DNA from: Podarcis cretensis
Lineage: Eukaryota
Direction: 5' to 3'
Assembly (NCBI GenBank): GCA_951804945.1
Contig: OX638149.1
Coordinates: 87,110,001-87,174,000, forward strand
Length of the DNA: 64,000 bases
Each line of letters begins with the position of its first letter. The stretch's first letter is position 1. The notes below the pieces were generated by a model that was not told where the DNA came from, ran no database searches, and was given only the letters and a program-made list of their open reading frames with translations. Shown here in pieces: positions 51,101-63,177 of this stretch. A program made the position numbers and the translations under genes.

Positions 51101-54100
51101 GGAACGTGTTCAGCATGGCAAATGGGAGAAGAATAAAGTCCAGAGGGCTCCAACCCTCAACCTGGGACAGTATTAAGCAAGTGCGGATGTGAAAAGTAAT
51201 CAAAAGAAGCACATGTGAAGAAGAGGCTGAATGTGAATAAGAGCCTGTGGCTCTGTCAAGCATCCAAGTTAGCAATGTCCATCATAGCCAGCATCCTATT
51301 CTCACAGTGGCCTGCCAGATGTCCACAAACAGGACCTGAGTGCAACAGCACTCTCCTCACTTTCCCTATACTTCTGCTACATCTGCTTTCAATATCCTGT
51401 GCCCCCAGCTCAGGCACAAGCTGATGATTCCCCAGTCCAACCCACATTGCCTTAATGCTGGCATCTTTGATACAAATGTGTGAAGGAGGAAGTGGGGACC
51501 ATCTACAAGACCCCAATATCTATTCCCAGTATTTGTAAACCTGGTAAGGGAAGGGAGTGATCCAGTTTGGATCAATTAGCTTCCTGCAGCTGGTGAGAGG
51601 TCCTGCATGTGGGAGTGGGCAGTGGAACAGAGAGAAGAGAGAGAGGATGGTGCAAGGAGCACCTCGGGATCCAGCAGGCTGTCACTACTGCAGTTCTCAT
51701 TCCAGAGCCTCAGTGCCCAGTTTGCCCTGAATGTATTACTGAATATAGGTGGGTGATATACGCATGAGTGTGCCTGTAAACTAAAGCAGTTGAGTGAATC
51801 TTGACCAACAGAAGGATCTCAAGAGAAAATAAATAGGCAGGGGCATAAGAGAGGATGAGCAACATATCGCTGAAGGTGGATTGACAGATTTACTGTTAAT
51901 GTGCATGAAGCTCCCTCAGCTCTCCATACATTGATCAAAGGGCATCTGTGTCATTCCAATGAAAGCTGGTGTAAGGTACCAGTTAAAAGCACAAGTTGTG
52001 GCAGGGAACTGAAGCTAAGTGTGACAGCATCTGTGCTTTGGATCGCCCTGCCTATTGATATTAGGCAAGAACTGTCCTCTTTTTGAAAACTTGCTGAAAA
52101 CTTTTCCGTTTCAGCAGGCTGATCCAGGCACATGGTTTGTTTACATCTGTTTTTCAATTTGTTTTGAATGTTCTAATGTGTTTAATTGTATGGGTGGTTT
52201 TAACAGCTTTTGAATGCTTTAAATACTTTTTTGTTGTTTTATTTTTAATTGTACATGTTTGTGTGTGTTTGCCACCATCAGCTCCTTTGGGAGAAAGCGG
52301 GGGGGGGGGGGGGTTAATACATTTAATTAATTCATTAATTAATGTCAGCCACAGGCTTTCATGGCTACATTTGCCTTACATTAAAACATAGCAAAGCCTC
52401 AAGCAAGGACTCCAAAATTCTGCACAATGCAAAGAATGGAAAGCAGCCATGGAAGAGGCAGGTACATACTTCCCCCAAACACGTGCACATAGAGCCCGTG
52501 CTGATAGTAGGAAGCTTGCTGTATGAAGTGCACAGCCCACACTAATCCTCTGATCATCCCTACCAGCTGTGGAGTAAAAGAGTGGGCTGAAGACCCGGCA
52601 TGAGCTGACTGCAGGGATTGGATGTTATGCACACTGCATGCAACTCCTGAAATAAGCAGCATATTGATGTATCCCTGGAACATCAGGTGTTCTCAAATTA
52701 TACTTGCCTTAAAATGTGCTGCATATGGAGCACGCAAGGGAAAATGTGGGAGAGTCACAGATCTTAAGGCCAGCAGGCATGAGAGGGAGATCACCAATTC
52801 AACAAACAAGCTCCTATAAACATTCCCTATAAAATATTAGGACTGCAAGCATATTAGGCAGGCCTGCTCCTGTGCCTTTAAAACAACAGGCAGAAATACA
52901 GAAATTAAACAACCAAAATGTGACTTGCCTTCATAGAATCAGCACTCAAGGAAAAGTGTCATCTGCTCAGTTCCTGAACTCCAAGCTGCTGTAACTTTAC
53001 CTATCTAACTGCATCTGTTGAAACACCCTCAACAGTCCAGTTTTTGAGCATAAGTCTCTGGTCTGAAAAGCTATGGGGATTTTTAAGACATTTCAACAGT
53101 CTGTCACATGCTGCTTAAGGTTCCGGGATTATCTATTTGATTACAGGGATATGAAATGAAGCGTGGATTTTACTCCCATTGTACAAGTCTTCTACAGACT
53201 GGCAGTGCCCCATGTTCCACTCCACCTGTCTTTCAATTGCTTGTACAGAATTTCCATAATGAATTTTGGAATTGGTGCGCACACAGTATGTGCTCTTCCT
53301 GCACTGCAGTTACTTCTATTTCTCCCGATTTCCAAAGTGACCCCATCATCAGCTAAGCCATGCACATGAAAGATTGTGCACATCATGCACTGCATAATTT
53401 AGTTTGTGTTTGAGGATGTGATCTTGCACATAGCCACATCAACATTCCTTGGCAGTTCCTGTTTTATCCAAACTTTCAGCTGGTCATTTTGCCAATGCTC
53501 ACGTAGTTCCCCATTCAAGGCCTTTGTGGGCTTGCAAGTGCTCATCATAGGTTCCCATCACCATTACCAACTATTAGCAAGCTGCTCAAAGCTTTCAGTG
53601 GGGAACCATGCACAATTAAAGCAACTTTTCCCTCAAATGGAAACATTAAAATTTTCTTTTTACAAAAAGGAAGGATATGCACATAAGCGTAATTTCAAAA
53701 AGCGAAGAGTGAGCATGGGGATTCTATGTGTTCCAATCACTGTGTGTGGATAGAGGTGGACAGAGAGATATGGCAGTGGGAACCTACAATGAGACTGGCA
53801 AGCCAGAGACAGCAGACAATGGGGACTAGCTGTTGATCAATAGAAAGATCAGGTCAAATGAAATGAAATGCAGGAAAGCAACGCTGATGTAATAGTGCAC
53901 ACAATCACACGTTCAAAACACACACACACAAATGAGTGAAGCTTTAATGCACATGAGTAGCTGGAGGGGAGGGCAGTATGAAATAAAAGCTGCACACACA
54001 CTGGTCTGTACAAGTTTCCAAAATCCAATTTGGAAGAATGACAGAAAGCAAATGTATTGATGCCACTCCATGACCAGGATAAGGTAAATCAGAATTGCCG

Positions 54101-55399
54101 ATTCCAGAGGGAAATCAGGAAGCATGTCTATTTGTTATACTTGCATTAGTAAGTTATTTTGCTCTATTTGGTGAGCTACCAGTGCAATGGAGGACCTCTG
54201 TGTAATATGAGTATGTGCTGAAATCAAACTTTATACTAACAAAAGATGGATCCATAAGAAGCATAGCTATCTTTGCTATCTTTAAAAACCTTTTTAAAAA
54301 AATGTTTGGCATGAATGGGCAGGTGATTATCAGAATTTTGTGAAGACCACAGAGCTGTTGCTGTGGCAAATTTTCAACATTTATACCCCATTCATACAGC
54401 TGATTTTGTGCAACTATCAGAACCATAGCAAACAGGGCAGATCAATTGCTTGTCAGTCATATCAGAAGATCAACTTCTTCACACACGTCCATGGGCAAAG
54501 TCTGATGGGTCAACTGTTTGGAGGCTACCCACCTGTCAATAACCTGGTGGCACAATGATGTCAGGTATTCCATTTTTGCTTGCACAGTTTGAAATCAAAA
54601 AGCATGTGCAAAGAAGTGTGCCCAGCACTTTCCAAGTGCCAACCACCACCTAATAATCAACACTTTGGAAGCACAGTGCAAGGAGCTTTGCAACAAACAC
54701 TGATCAACTGAAAGGGCCTGCAATGCTCCTTTTGTCCAAGCCCAACCTTTACCTGTCCCACACTATATATGTTGTCAGGTGTGCATGGCTTGGCCAAAAT
54801 AGCATGGTGGGCCAAATGGGAAGGCCTGGTGGGCCTAATTAGGGCTGCCATCTGGAGGTTTCCCACCCTTACCTTAGGTCTCATGGCATTTGGGAGCAAA
54901 ATTAGGCAGGAGTATAACTGGAATGTAGCAACCGAATGATATCAGTTATTAAAAAATAAAAGATACAAAACAGAAAGGAAGAAAAGCATTATATGTCAAA
55001 AACATGTACCGGTATCCCGGCACAAATATTTTCCAGTGCAGAAAACATCTGGGGGAAACTAAATGGGCAGATCACAGGTGCTTGCAAGAAGCTGTGTGTG
55101 GCTATCAGATAATTGCTGAAACTTCAAAGTGAAACAGCCCCTGTATGGTTTAATTTCAAACTATGATCAACACCAGAGAACAGACTACGAAGGATTTAAA
55201 TTATATGCATCTTAATAACAATGCAGCAATTAGTAGCAAACACTATGCATTTCTCAATAATAAATCTTGCCAGATTTTTTTATCTTTTTAAATTTTACTC
55301 ATTTGGTAGATTGTGGAGATTCTGTGATTTCAAGTATTTTGATTAGCAAGCTAGTTAAATGTAGACTAGATTCAGGTGTCGGGTAGATTCTAAGCCGGA

Positions 55400-56675
55400 C
55401 ACTCTTTACGCAGAGATTGCTCCGCAATAGTTTCTCACCAGGATTAAGGAGGTTTCACAGGGCTCTGTCCTGGGACCTGTACGCTTCAAAAAAAAAGTAA
55501 CACTAACTAAGATGAAGCAGAAGGAATATCTACCAAATTTACAAATGTCACAAAACTGGGAGAGATACTTAACCCCTCAGAAGGCAGGAATAAAATGTAA
55601 AATGACCTGAACAGAACAGAAAATTGGGCTAAAACACAATGAAATTCAACGGAGACGAATGCAAAGCTCTACAAATGTGGATGGGTGGGAATCAAATGCA
55701 CAGGTACAGGATAAGAAATACCTGGCTTGGTGGTAGTGGGATTTAAAAAGGTATTGGGGACTGTAGCTGATCACACAAAAAATGAGCTGCAAAAAAGTCT
55801 AATGCAATTTTTGACTGCATTAATAGAACTAGATTTTTGAAGTCATGAAAGCAATAGTTCCACTTTGCACCAGCCTTACCTTCTTGTAGTTTCTGTGTCC
55901 AGGACATGGACAAATCAGCACAGGTTTAGAGGAAGGCAACATAGATGGTTAGCATGGGAAACTGGTCTTAAAAATAAATAAATGGTAGAAGGCACCTTAG
56001 GGTTTTTTGAAATATTGAGCAGTAGATAAATGCTTTTAAATAAATACATTAATAAACTGGGTATGTTTAGCCTGGAAAAGAGAGGACTGAGGAGAGAAAT
56101 GGTAGCATACTTGCAGGGCTGTCATACAGGAGAAGATAAATACTAAATCTAATGAGCTTAAGTCACAGGAGGATAGGTTTTGACTGGACATTAGTAAGAA
56201 AATATTAAATCAGAGGTGGGGGACCCTTTTCCACCCAAGAGCTGCATTCCCTTCTGGGCAACCTCTGGGGGCAATGTGCCAGTGGTGGCCAGGGCAGATG
56301 CAAACATGGGTGGGAGCAATGAATGTGAATTTTACCTTTGCGCAATAGGCTAGTTTCTACACACTCATCCCTATCCTTCACCCAGAAAAGCAAGAGGCAT
56401 GATCAAAGTTCAAAGGTACGTTCCAGCCAGGCAAAAACACATGACCTGCGGAGGGTTCCAAGGGCCAGACAGAGAGACCTGAATGTCTGCATCTAGCCCA
56501 CCCCTGGCCTTATTGGTAAGAGAAGTGGTTGGAGTGGGGCTTTCCCTTGCCAGGAGTCTTCAAGCGGAGACCAAACAGGGATTTGTTGGGGATGCTCTAG
56601 TTCTGGATTTCCTGCATCAAGCAGGGGGCTGGACTAGATGCCCTTCAAAGGTGCCTTCCACTCTGATTCTGCAAA
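55400..56675 (+). mobile_element. Decayed CR1 LINE 3' portion (RT C-terminal region plus 3' UTR)
   Basis: Frameshifted remnants of QGSVLGP (55438-55460), KF...TKLG, MKFN.D.CK and GMFSLEKRGLR, and a CR1-type 3' end (GACTAGATG...CCTTCCA.CTCTGATTCT). Interrupted at ~56211-56506. Confidence 0.85.
56211..56506. mobile_element. Probable hAT-type insertion inside the CR1
   Basis: Ends CAGAGGTGGG... / ...CCCACCCCTG form an inverted repeat, and CR1 sequence resumes afterwards. No TSD is recognisable. Confidence 0.55.
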
Positions 56676-58237
56676 CACCAGACTGGTGGAACTGGGCACA
56701 TGAGCAAAGCTAAACTTTAGCAATGATAACAATGAGGATACTTACTGAATTCCCTCTAGGAACTAAACAGCCTTGGAAGCTCTTTTTAGAGCCTAAAGGC
56801 AGAAAAGAAATAGGGTAGGGTGTCTTTAAAAAAAGAAAAGCTGTGGTTATATATAAAAAGTGAATTAATTCTGATTTTGTCTTGTCAGTTCATGTTGCGA
56901 AGTTGTATCTAAGCTCTTGTGTATATGGTGCTGTCAATGTGCAGCAAGGTGGCCAAACTCCAGGGATCCTCCTGGCCCTGCCAAGGAATCTCCTCTCATT
57001 TGAAAGAGAAATTTGGCTGTAGTGTGTTGCTCAGGCTGAACACTGCCAAGAGGGCTCCCTTCTTGTGCCTGAGACCTGCCTCACTTATTCACTTAGATCA
57101 TACGCTTTTAAAAATATGGACCACAGATTGGAGCATGACACCCAGCCTTGTACAAGGGAACAGAAATCTAATGTAGAACCTAGTTGTCGTCGTCCCCCCT
57201 TTGTCTAGCTGCAGGGTATTCAATGACCTAGGAGTAACTGTGCTGCTGGCTAAAGGCAGTGACTTCCACCCAGAAATGTTAGCCTCCAAGCACAGTGCCC
57301 ACAGCTGGGTGAATCCCTTGGAACACACACACAGGGTAGTCCCACCATTGCTGGCATCCCCAGAGGCGTTGCACTGCCTGTTTGCAAAATATATATCCTC
57401 AATAAATCCTGGCTTGTGCATGTGGTAATTCTCAATACATTTTCAAATATACTTCAATTATTTCCCCCATATATCATGGGGAAATTGCATTGGCGAGCAG
57501 CAGCGGTAAGCAGGGAGTGCATGGTGGGGCGGCGTTAATAAGATTGGGCTTGCTATTATGCATGAGGTCGTTGAGGACACAGTGGGGAACCTCGAGTGCC
57601 AATGAGAGGCAGAAAGGGAAGAATAAATGAAACTGCCTGCCTCTCCCTTCCATCCTTCCCCCACCACCTTGATCAACTTTGCTAGGATTAATCCACAGAG
57701 TCCAGCCCTTCTCTTCCTCTCTCCCATCTCAGTGCTTGTGCTGTCCACAGCTAATGCCAGATGCTTTTTTTAAAAAAAGGCAGTGCACAGTTTGCAGAAG
57801 CAAGAGACCATCACATAATCCACATGATTGGACTGTTTAGCCCAGTTCTCTCCTACCCAGAATGGCTCTGTGTTTATGTTGTTGTTTAATGCATTTTCCT
57901 TTTAACTGGAAGAATAAGTGATAGAACACAGACCAGAGAAAAATTACAAACAAGCAAAGCACCACCAAAGAGCATCAACCACACTTGGGGAGCGAGGAGG
58001 ACCTGTGCTCTAATAAACTCTCATTTTGACTGCTGCAATCTATGCAACATGGGACTTCCCTTCAAGACAGTCCAGAGGCTACATCTAGTGCAGAATGCCG
58101 CTCACACGCTGTTATGCGGGGCAGCAAAAAACCGTCCTGTAATGCAAATTCTTACAAATCTGCAGTCACTACCTGATGACCACTGTGCTCCAGTGAGAGG
58201 AAGGATGAAATATAAAAATGAGTAAGCAAGTAAGCAG

Positions 58238-58288
58238 ATGATAGATAGATAGATAGATAGATACATAGATAGATGATAGATAGATAGA
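58238..58288. repeat. (GATA)n tetranucleotide microsatellite
   Basis: Directly visible. Confidence 0.9.
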
Positions 58289-58669
58289 AGTACATCTAAA
58301 TCAGTTTCTCCCCTTCAAAAAAAGAAAAGAAAAAGGCCACAGTCAAGTACCTAGCTGGTGTAGGGGTCCCTATCCTGACTTGTTACATTTTAGCTTGCCT
58401 TTCTTCGAAGGAGGTCAGTTTCTCTACTGGTCTATCTATCATGCAGCAGCAGAATTCACACACAGAATAAAAAGCGCAAGGAAGTCTCAAGGATGCCTTT
58501 TAAAAATCCTGTGCAAGTGTACAAAATACTCACCTGGTGAGCGCCTCAGAAACAAAGTGTGGATGCCTAAAGAAGTCACCATTTCCCATATAAAGTATGG
58601 AGCGACTTTCCTTGTCAACTCCTGTGAATGTTCTGAAGGGAAATGTAGAAAATCTCTACACATATGTAT

Positions 58670-58673
<4 letters not shown>

Positions 58674-58726
<53 letters not shown>
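58674..58726. repeat. Compound (CT)n(CA)n microsatellite
   Basis: Directly visible. A similar compound repeat lies at ~46645-46695. Confidence 0.9.
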
Positions 58727-58799
58727 GTACGTGTATATCCTGCTCTCAGGGCAGCTAGCAATAATTAAAATCAACTGTAAAATTAAATTAAATTAAAAA

Positions 58800-58897
58800 A
58801 TAGGAATCATTGAGTTGGAAGGGACCCCAAGGGTCATCTAGCTCAACCCCCTGCAATGCAGGAATCTCAGCTGAAGCATCCATGACAGACAGCCATC
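58800..58897 (-). mobile_element. CR1 LINE 3' end fragment
   Basis: GAATCAT.GAGTTGGAAGGGACCCCAAGGGTCATCTAG.CAACCCCCTGCAATGCAGG, the typical CR1 3' UTR in reverse. Similar pieces lie at ~700-770 and 49480-49640. Confidence 0.75.
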
Positions 58898-59094
58898 ATA
58901 AAAACAGAGAAAGGTGCAGCAGATAAAACAGAGGCACTGGATAAACACTTCTTTATCCATTAAATTGAACCCCTAAACAAAGAGGAAGTTTCTTGCCACA
59001 TAGCACAGTACCATGAGAGAGGGAACAGGTCAAACAACCCAGGGCAAAGAGTTCCACATTCTAGTAGGCTGCACACACACTATACATTCAAAGC

Positions 59095-59225
59095 ACATTC
59101 AAAGAACATTTCCCCTCTCAAAGAATTCTGGGCACTGCAGTTTGTTAAGCGTTGCTGGGAACTGTAACTCTGTGAGGGGTAAACGGCTGTGCCCAGAATT
59201 CTTTGAGGGAAAGAAAGCCCTTAAA
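59095..59225. repeat. Palindromic MITE-like element
   Basis: Inverted arms CTCAAAGAATTCTGGGCAC / GTGCCCAGAATTCTTTGAG. Confidence 0.7.
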
Positions 59226-60289
59226 ATGTGTGTTATTAGCATAGTGTGTACGAGTACTTAGGGACAGCCACAGAGAAGACCCTTTCCTCTCATACATGGC
59301 ATGCTGCAAGCATAGCACTGGCTCTTAGTCATTTCCTTCTGTTATCTAAAAAAGAATACTCAGTAGTGTAAAGCAGGAACATAAAAGCATATGCAAAGTG
59401 AATAGACTAACTACACATACATCTAACAGAAGCATGATGCTGCTTAATAAAAGGATCTTTGAGAGCAAAGGTAGCTTAACGCTTTCCCCACCTGTCAGCT
59501 CTCTGCTCCAAATAGCTCCTTCCTCCAGGCAGGTGGGAACTTGGCAAATTGCAATAGAGAATGACAAAAAGAGTTAAGTACCCCTCCCCATCTGTGGCTC
59601 CTCTCTTCTAAATTCCTTCCTTCAAGAAAGAAAGAAGTCAGGGCTCTATTACATACAATCTTTAGTTAACATATTCTCAAGTACAGAAAGGTACTGTAAG
59701 GAAGACACAAAACCATGTTCTTTTAAACACACTTGAGTCCCTGACCCCCTTCACTATCGGCATGCAAGTGTTTTATGCAGCGGTTCACCTTCCTCTGCTG
59801 CCAAACTGTCCTTCCTCCCTATATAAGGATTATGGGGGGCGGGAAGGGGGAAGAGAAGACAATCTCATTGGGATGTTCATGCCTAGGTTGGGCCCCTGCT
59901 GAGATCTTGCTCCCCACACCTGGACGGCATCTTTTATTAACCTGCCTAGCCTTAGCTCTCTCAGCGGTGGGCCCCAGCCCCTCCAAGTCACGAGGCTCAG
60001 AGTAATCGCGCCCTTCAGGGCAGGCGCGTGTAATCATTTGGGACAGTCAAATTTCTTTACATTTTCCAATGAATATTTATGCAATTTGTGCAGAACCACC
60101 AGAGCTGCAACACCACCGCGAGCGCAATGGGAAATGTCAGCACAGCCCTACCCCCACCCAAGGCTCCCTGTGGCACTTGCACACAGGAGATGCATCTCAT
60201 CTCCCTCACACATGGCATGGGCAGGGTGGGTGTGTATTGCACGTACGCACGCACACACATACAAAAACATTCCCACTTACAAGCTTCTC

Positions 60290-60453
60290 CATGTCAAAGA
60301 GATAAAGAATTACCTGACATTCAGAAGACATCTTAAGGCAGCCCTGTTCAGGGAAGTTTTTAATATGTAATGCTGTACTGTTTTTAACACTGATTGGGAG
60401 CCGCCCAGAGTGGCTGGGGAAACTCAGCCAGATGGGCGGGGTATAAATAATAA

Positions 60454-60493
<40 letters not shown>
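60290..60493 (+). mobile_element. 5'-truncated young L2-like LINE 3' end with (ATT)n tail
   Basis: Encodes the terminal KEIKNYLTFRRHLKAALFREVF peptide, followed by the 3' UTR GCCGCCCAGAGTGGCTGGGG...GGGCGGGGTATAAATAA and (ATT)n. Confidence 0.85.
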
Positions 60494-60497
<4 letters not shown>

Positions 60498-61207
60498 AAG
60501 CCAGCAGCTGAATTCCTGCTTGAAACACACACACATACACCAAAGATAAACCCCAACTCCCCCAAAAGTCCATGCACAGCTTACTGATGGAGGGTTGTAT
60601 GACATGGCTACCTGCCTGGACAGTGAAGTTGGCCCTACAGAGCCCTACAGTGCTTCAGTCATGAGAAAACAGTGAACTGTGTCCACTTCTTTGGAAGGGC
60701 TCCTTTGCCTATTAAGTCAGAAATCACATAGGTGCTGCTCTTCTCAGCATGCTGTATAGATAGGGGAAGGAATTACCTGTTAATTTTCTGCCTAGTGCGC
60801 TATTGTTAAAAGTCCCAAAATTCTTATACAGTATTGGGTTTGGTTGTGAAAAAGAGGTTGAAACTAATGTGCATGGGGATATATGACAACAACAAGAAGA
60901 CGAGGAAAATAATATAGAGAAGATTGAACAGAACTGTGAATACTATTGGAAAGAACTGTGAACATTAAAGCAGCAGCAAGAGAGATGTTTGGATCCCTTT
61001 CTGAGCTCGAAGCATGGGTACCCCCAACAAAAATTTAAAAATTTGGCTGTGTAATTTGGAACTAATGTGATTTGATTGGTTTGTTAATAAAAATTATATT
61101 GGAAAAAAAGAAACTAATGTGCATGGGGAATGGCATGGATAGACTAGAATGTCCATTGAAGGCTGGTAAAAAGGTCTCTATATGCCCTATCACAAAGGAG
61201 AGTATAG

Positions 61208-61342
61208 CAGCCTTCCTCAACCTGTGGGTCCCCAGATGTTGTCCTACAGCTCCCATCACCCCTAGCTAGCAAGGCCAGAGTTCAGGGATGATGGGAGTTG
61301 TAGTCTAACAACATTTGGGGACCTACAGGTTGAGAACCGCTG
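61208..61342. mobile_element. Palindromic hAT-type MITE (CTCCCATCA/TGATGGGAG family)
   Basis: Inverted arms CAG...CTCAACCTGTGGGTCCCCAGATGTTG / CAACATTTGGGGACCTACAGGTTGAG...CTG. Older relatives lie at ~790-900, 2175-2300, 2950-3060, 7165-7295, 13725-13835, 47930-48003 and 49410-49470. Confidence 0.8.
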
Positions 61343-62039
61343 GAAGGGAGTTATAAACAACTTTGTTTGGGAGTGGAAGAGGAGAAGGTTCTTGAAGGAG
61401 AAGGTTCTTGAAGAAACAGTACACATTCATCCCTTAAATGCTTCTCTACAGGACTATAACCAGTTTGTAGCCCACTAGAAGAAAACCAGCCAGTTCATGG
61501 CAGCCCTGCAGGCACTGACTCAGCTAACAGCCAGCCCAGCTTTAGAAATACTGTGTAGTTTGCAAAAACATTAACATACCCACTCAGAGTTTTGCCATCT
61601 TGCCCAACCAGGAAAAGTGGAGCAATAACCCCCCACCCAGCCCCAAAAGGTGCACAAATCCTAGGAATAAACAAAACTCAACCTACAACTGGTGTTTAAC
61701 AAGGTGGTGACTGTGATTTCATTATTTGGTGAGGCTTCCCTGTCAAACATCCCTGTCAAACACCTGCAGATGTGATCCAAGACTCTTTTTGAAAAGAAAT
61801 TTACCAGGCCATAATAATAAAAGTGATGTGTTAATGAACAAATGCTTACTCAACAGAATATCCAAGGTCAGATTAACAATTATGACACACAATGAGACAG
61901 AACCACCACCATAGTTTTCACATCCTAAAAAACACAAATTTCAGTCCCTTACAGGAAGGAGAAGAGTGTAGGTAGAAACATCTTTTTTTTTGTTAAGTCT
62001 ACACAAAACATTGTCCAGAGAAGTTGTCTGTTACTTTTG

Positions 62040-62345
62040 CTGCAGCAAGCTAACACAAGAGCCTTGTGGCACTTTAAAAGATGAACGAATGTGTTCTGAT
62101 GTAAGCTTTTGTGGACTACAGTCCATTTCATCAGATGCACAAAGTGTTATCCTGAGTCACATGGTGGCGGGAGACTGTAAATAATGAGGTCAGAGGGAAA
62201 TGAAATCCAGAAAACAGAGGCAGTGACAATCATATAATTAACAGTGGTCATTTACAATGATCACCGTAATTACACAATTATCACTGTCTCTATACTTTCT
62301 GCATTTCATTTCCCTCTGACCTTACTGTTCACAATTCCGTACACA
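62040..62345 (-). mobile_element. Penelope-like element (PLE) pseudo-LTR fragment with hammerhead-ribozyme relic and inverted duplication
   Basis: AAGAGCCTTGTGGCAC.TTAAA.GA...TAAGCTTT.GTGGACTACAGTCCA.TTCATCAGATGCA is the reptile PLE terminus as recalled. It is followed by a long inverted repeat (62176-62333). Confidence 0.75.
62098..62140 (-). ncRNA. Minimal hammerhead ribozyme relic (probably inactive)
   Basis: Minus strand: CUGAUGA-AA-UGGAC-UGUA-GUCCA-C-AAAA-GCUUA. The core and stem II are present, but the invariant GAAA reads AAAA. Confidence 0.65.
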
Positions 62346-63049
62346 CTACAACTGTCTGTGTGTGTATACCTGTTACTCAGGTACTGTCTTTAGCCCCATG
62401 GAGATGATATGAAGGGGATGGTCAGATCCTGAGGAGGAATGGGGAGAGCTCAGGGTCTTGGAGCTAGTAGGATGAAGGAGGTGAAATTGGGACCCCAAGA
62501 ATTCTCCAAGCCCAAGGAGGAGGCCAGTAGTCCAGGAGTGGAGTGCTGGATCCAGGGGAGGGACCAAGCAGGTTGACAGAGGAATGTTCCACCCATGTGA
62601 AATCAGACATCCCATGTCAGATACTTCCTGCTGTAGAGCTGCCTGTGGCACCTCCTCCAGTTAGTGAGGAATCTCCTCCTTGAACAGAGGCGACTGAGAA
62701 TAAACTGGATGCTGAGTGGCACCAACACCACCTTCATCTCCAAGGACATGGAGACACCAGTGCCTCACAGATCCACCCCACTCAAAAGAGGGTGTGTTTG
62801 GCTTCCCTGTCCCAAGACTCTGGCCACTTGCCACTCTAAGAGTTGTACCCACCTGGCACTTCAAAAGGAAGGTGCTGGGTGCATGTTGCCTGTTGAATCT
62901 ATGTCTTAGCTTACGCTTAGCCATGTGCCTCTTATGGACTAGCTGCACCTTGTACCTATGAACCAATTTAATTCATGCATTAAAGCCCTTGGCAGCAATA
63001 GAGCTGGGGGTTTGAGTTCTTTACTTGGCATTGAGAGTCAGGGCACACA

Positions 63050-63177
63050 TCACATGTGGGGAGGTGGTAGTTGTGCTTAGCTCCTGCTTGTGGCCTTCCC
63101 ATGGGGCATCTGTTTGGCTACTGTGAGAACAGGATGCTAGGCTAACTGAGCCTGATCTGGCAAGGCTCTTCTTATGC
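63050..63177 (+). mobile_element. LINE 3' end (CR1-type tail)
   Basis: GGGCATCTG.TTGGC.ACTGTGAGAACAGGATGCT...GGCTCTTCTTATG. A homologous copy lies at ~48165-48310. Confidence 0.6.

Noticed and set aside
61381-61412. 16-bp tandem duplication GGAGAAGGTTCTTGAA x2
   Set aside because: An ordinary slippage duplication with no further structure.
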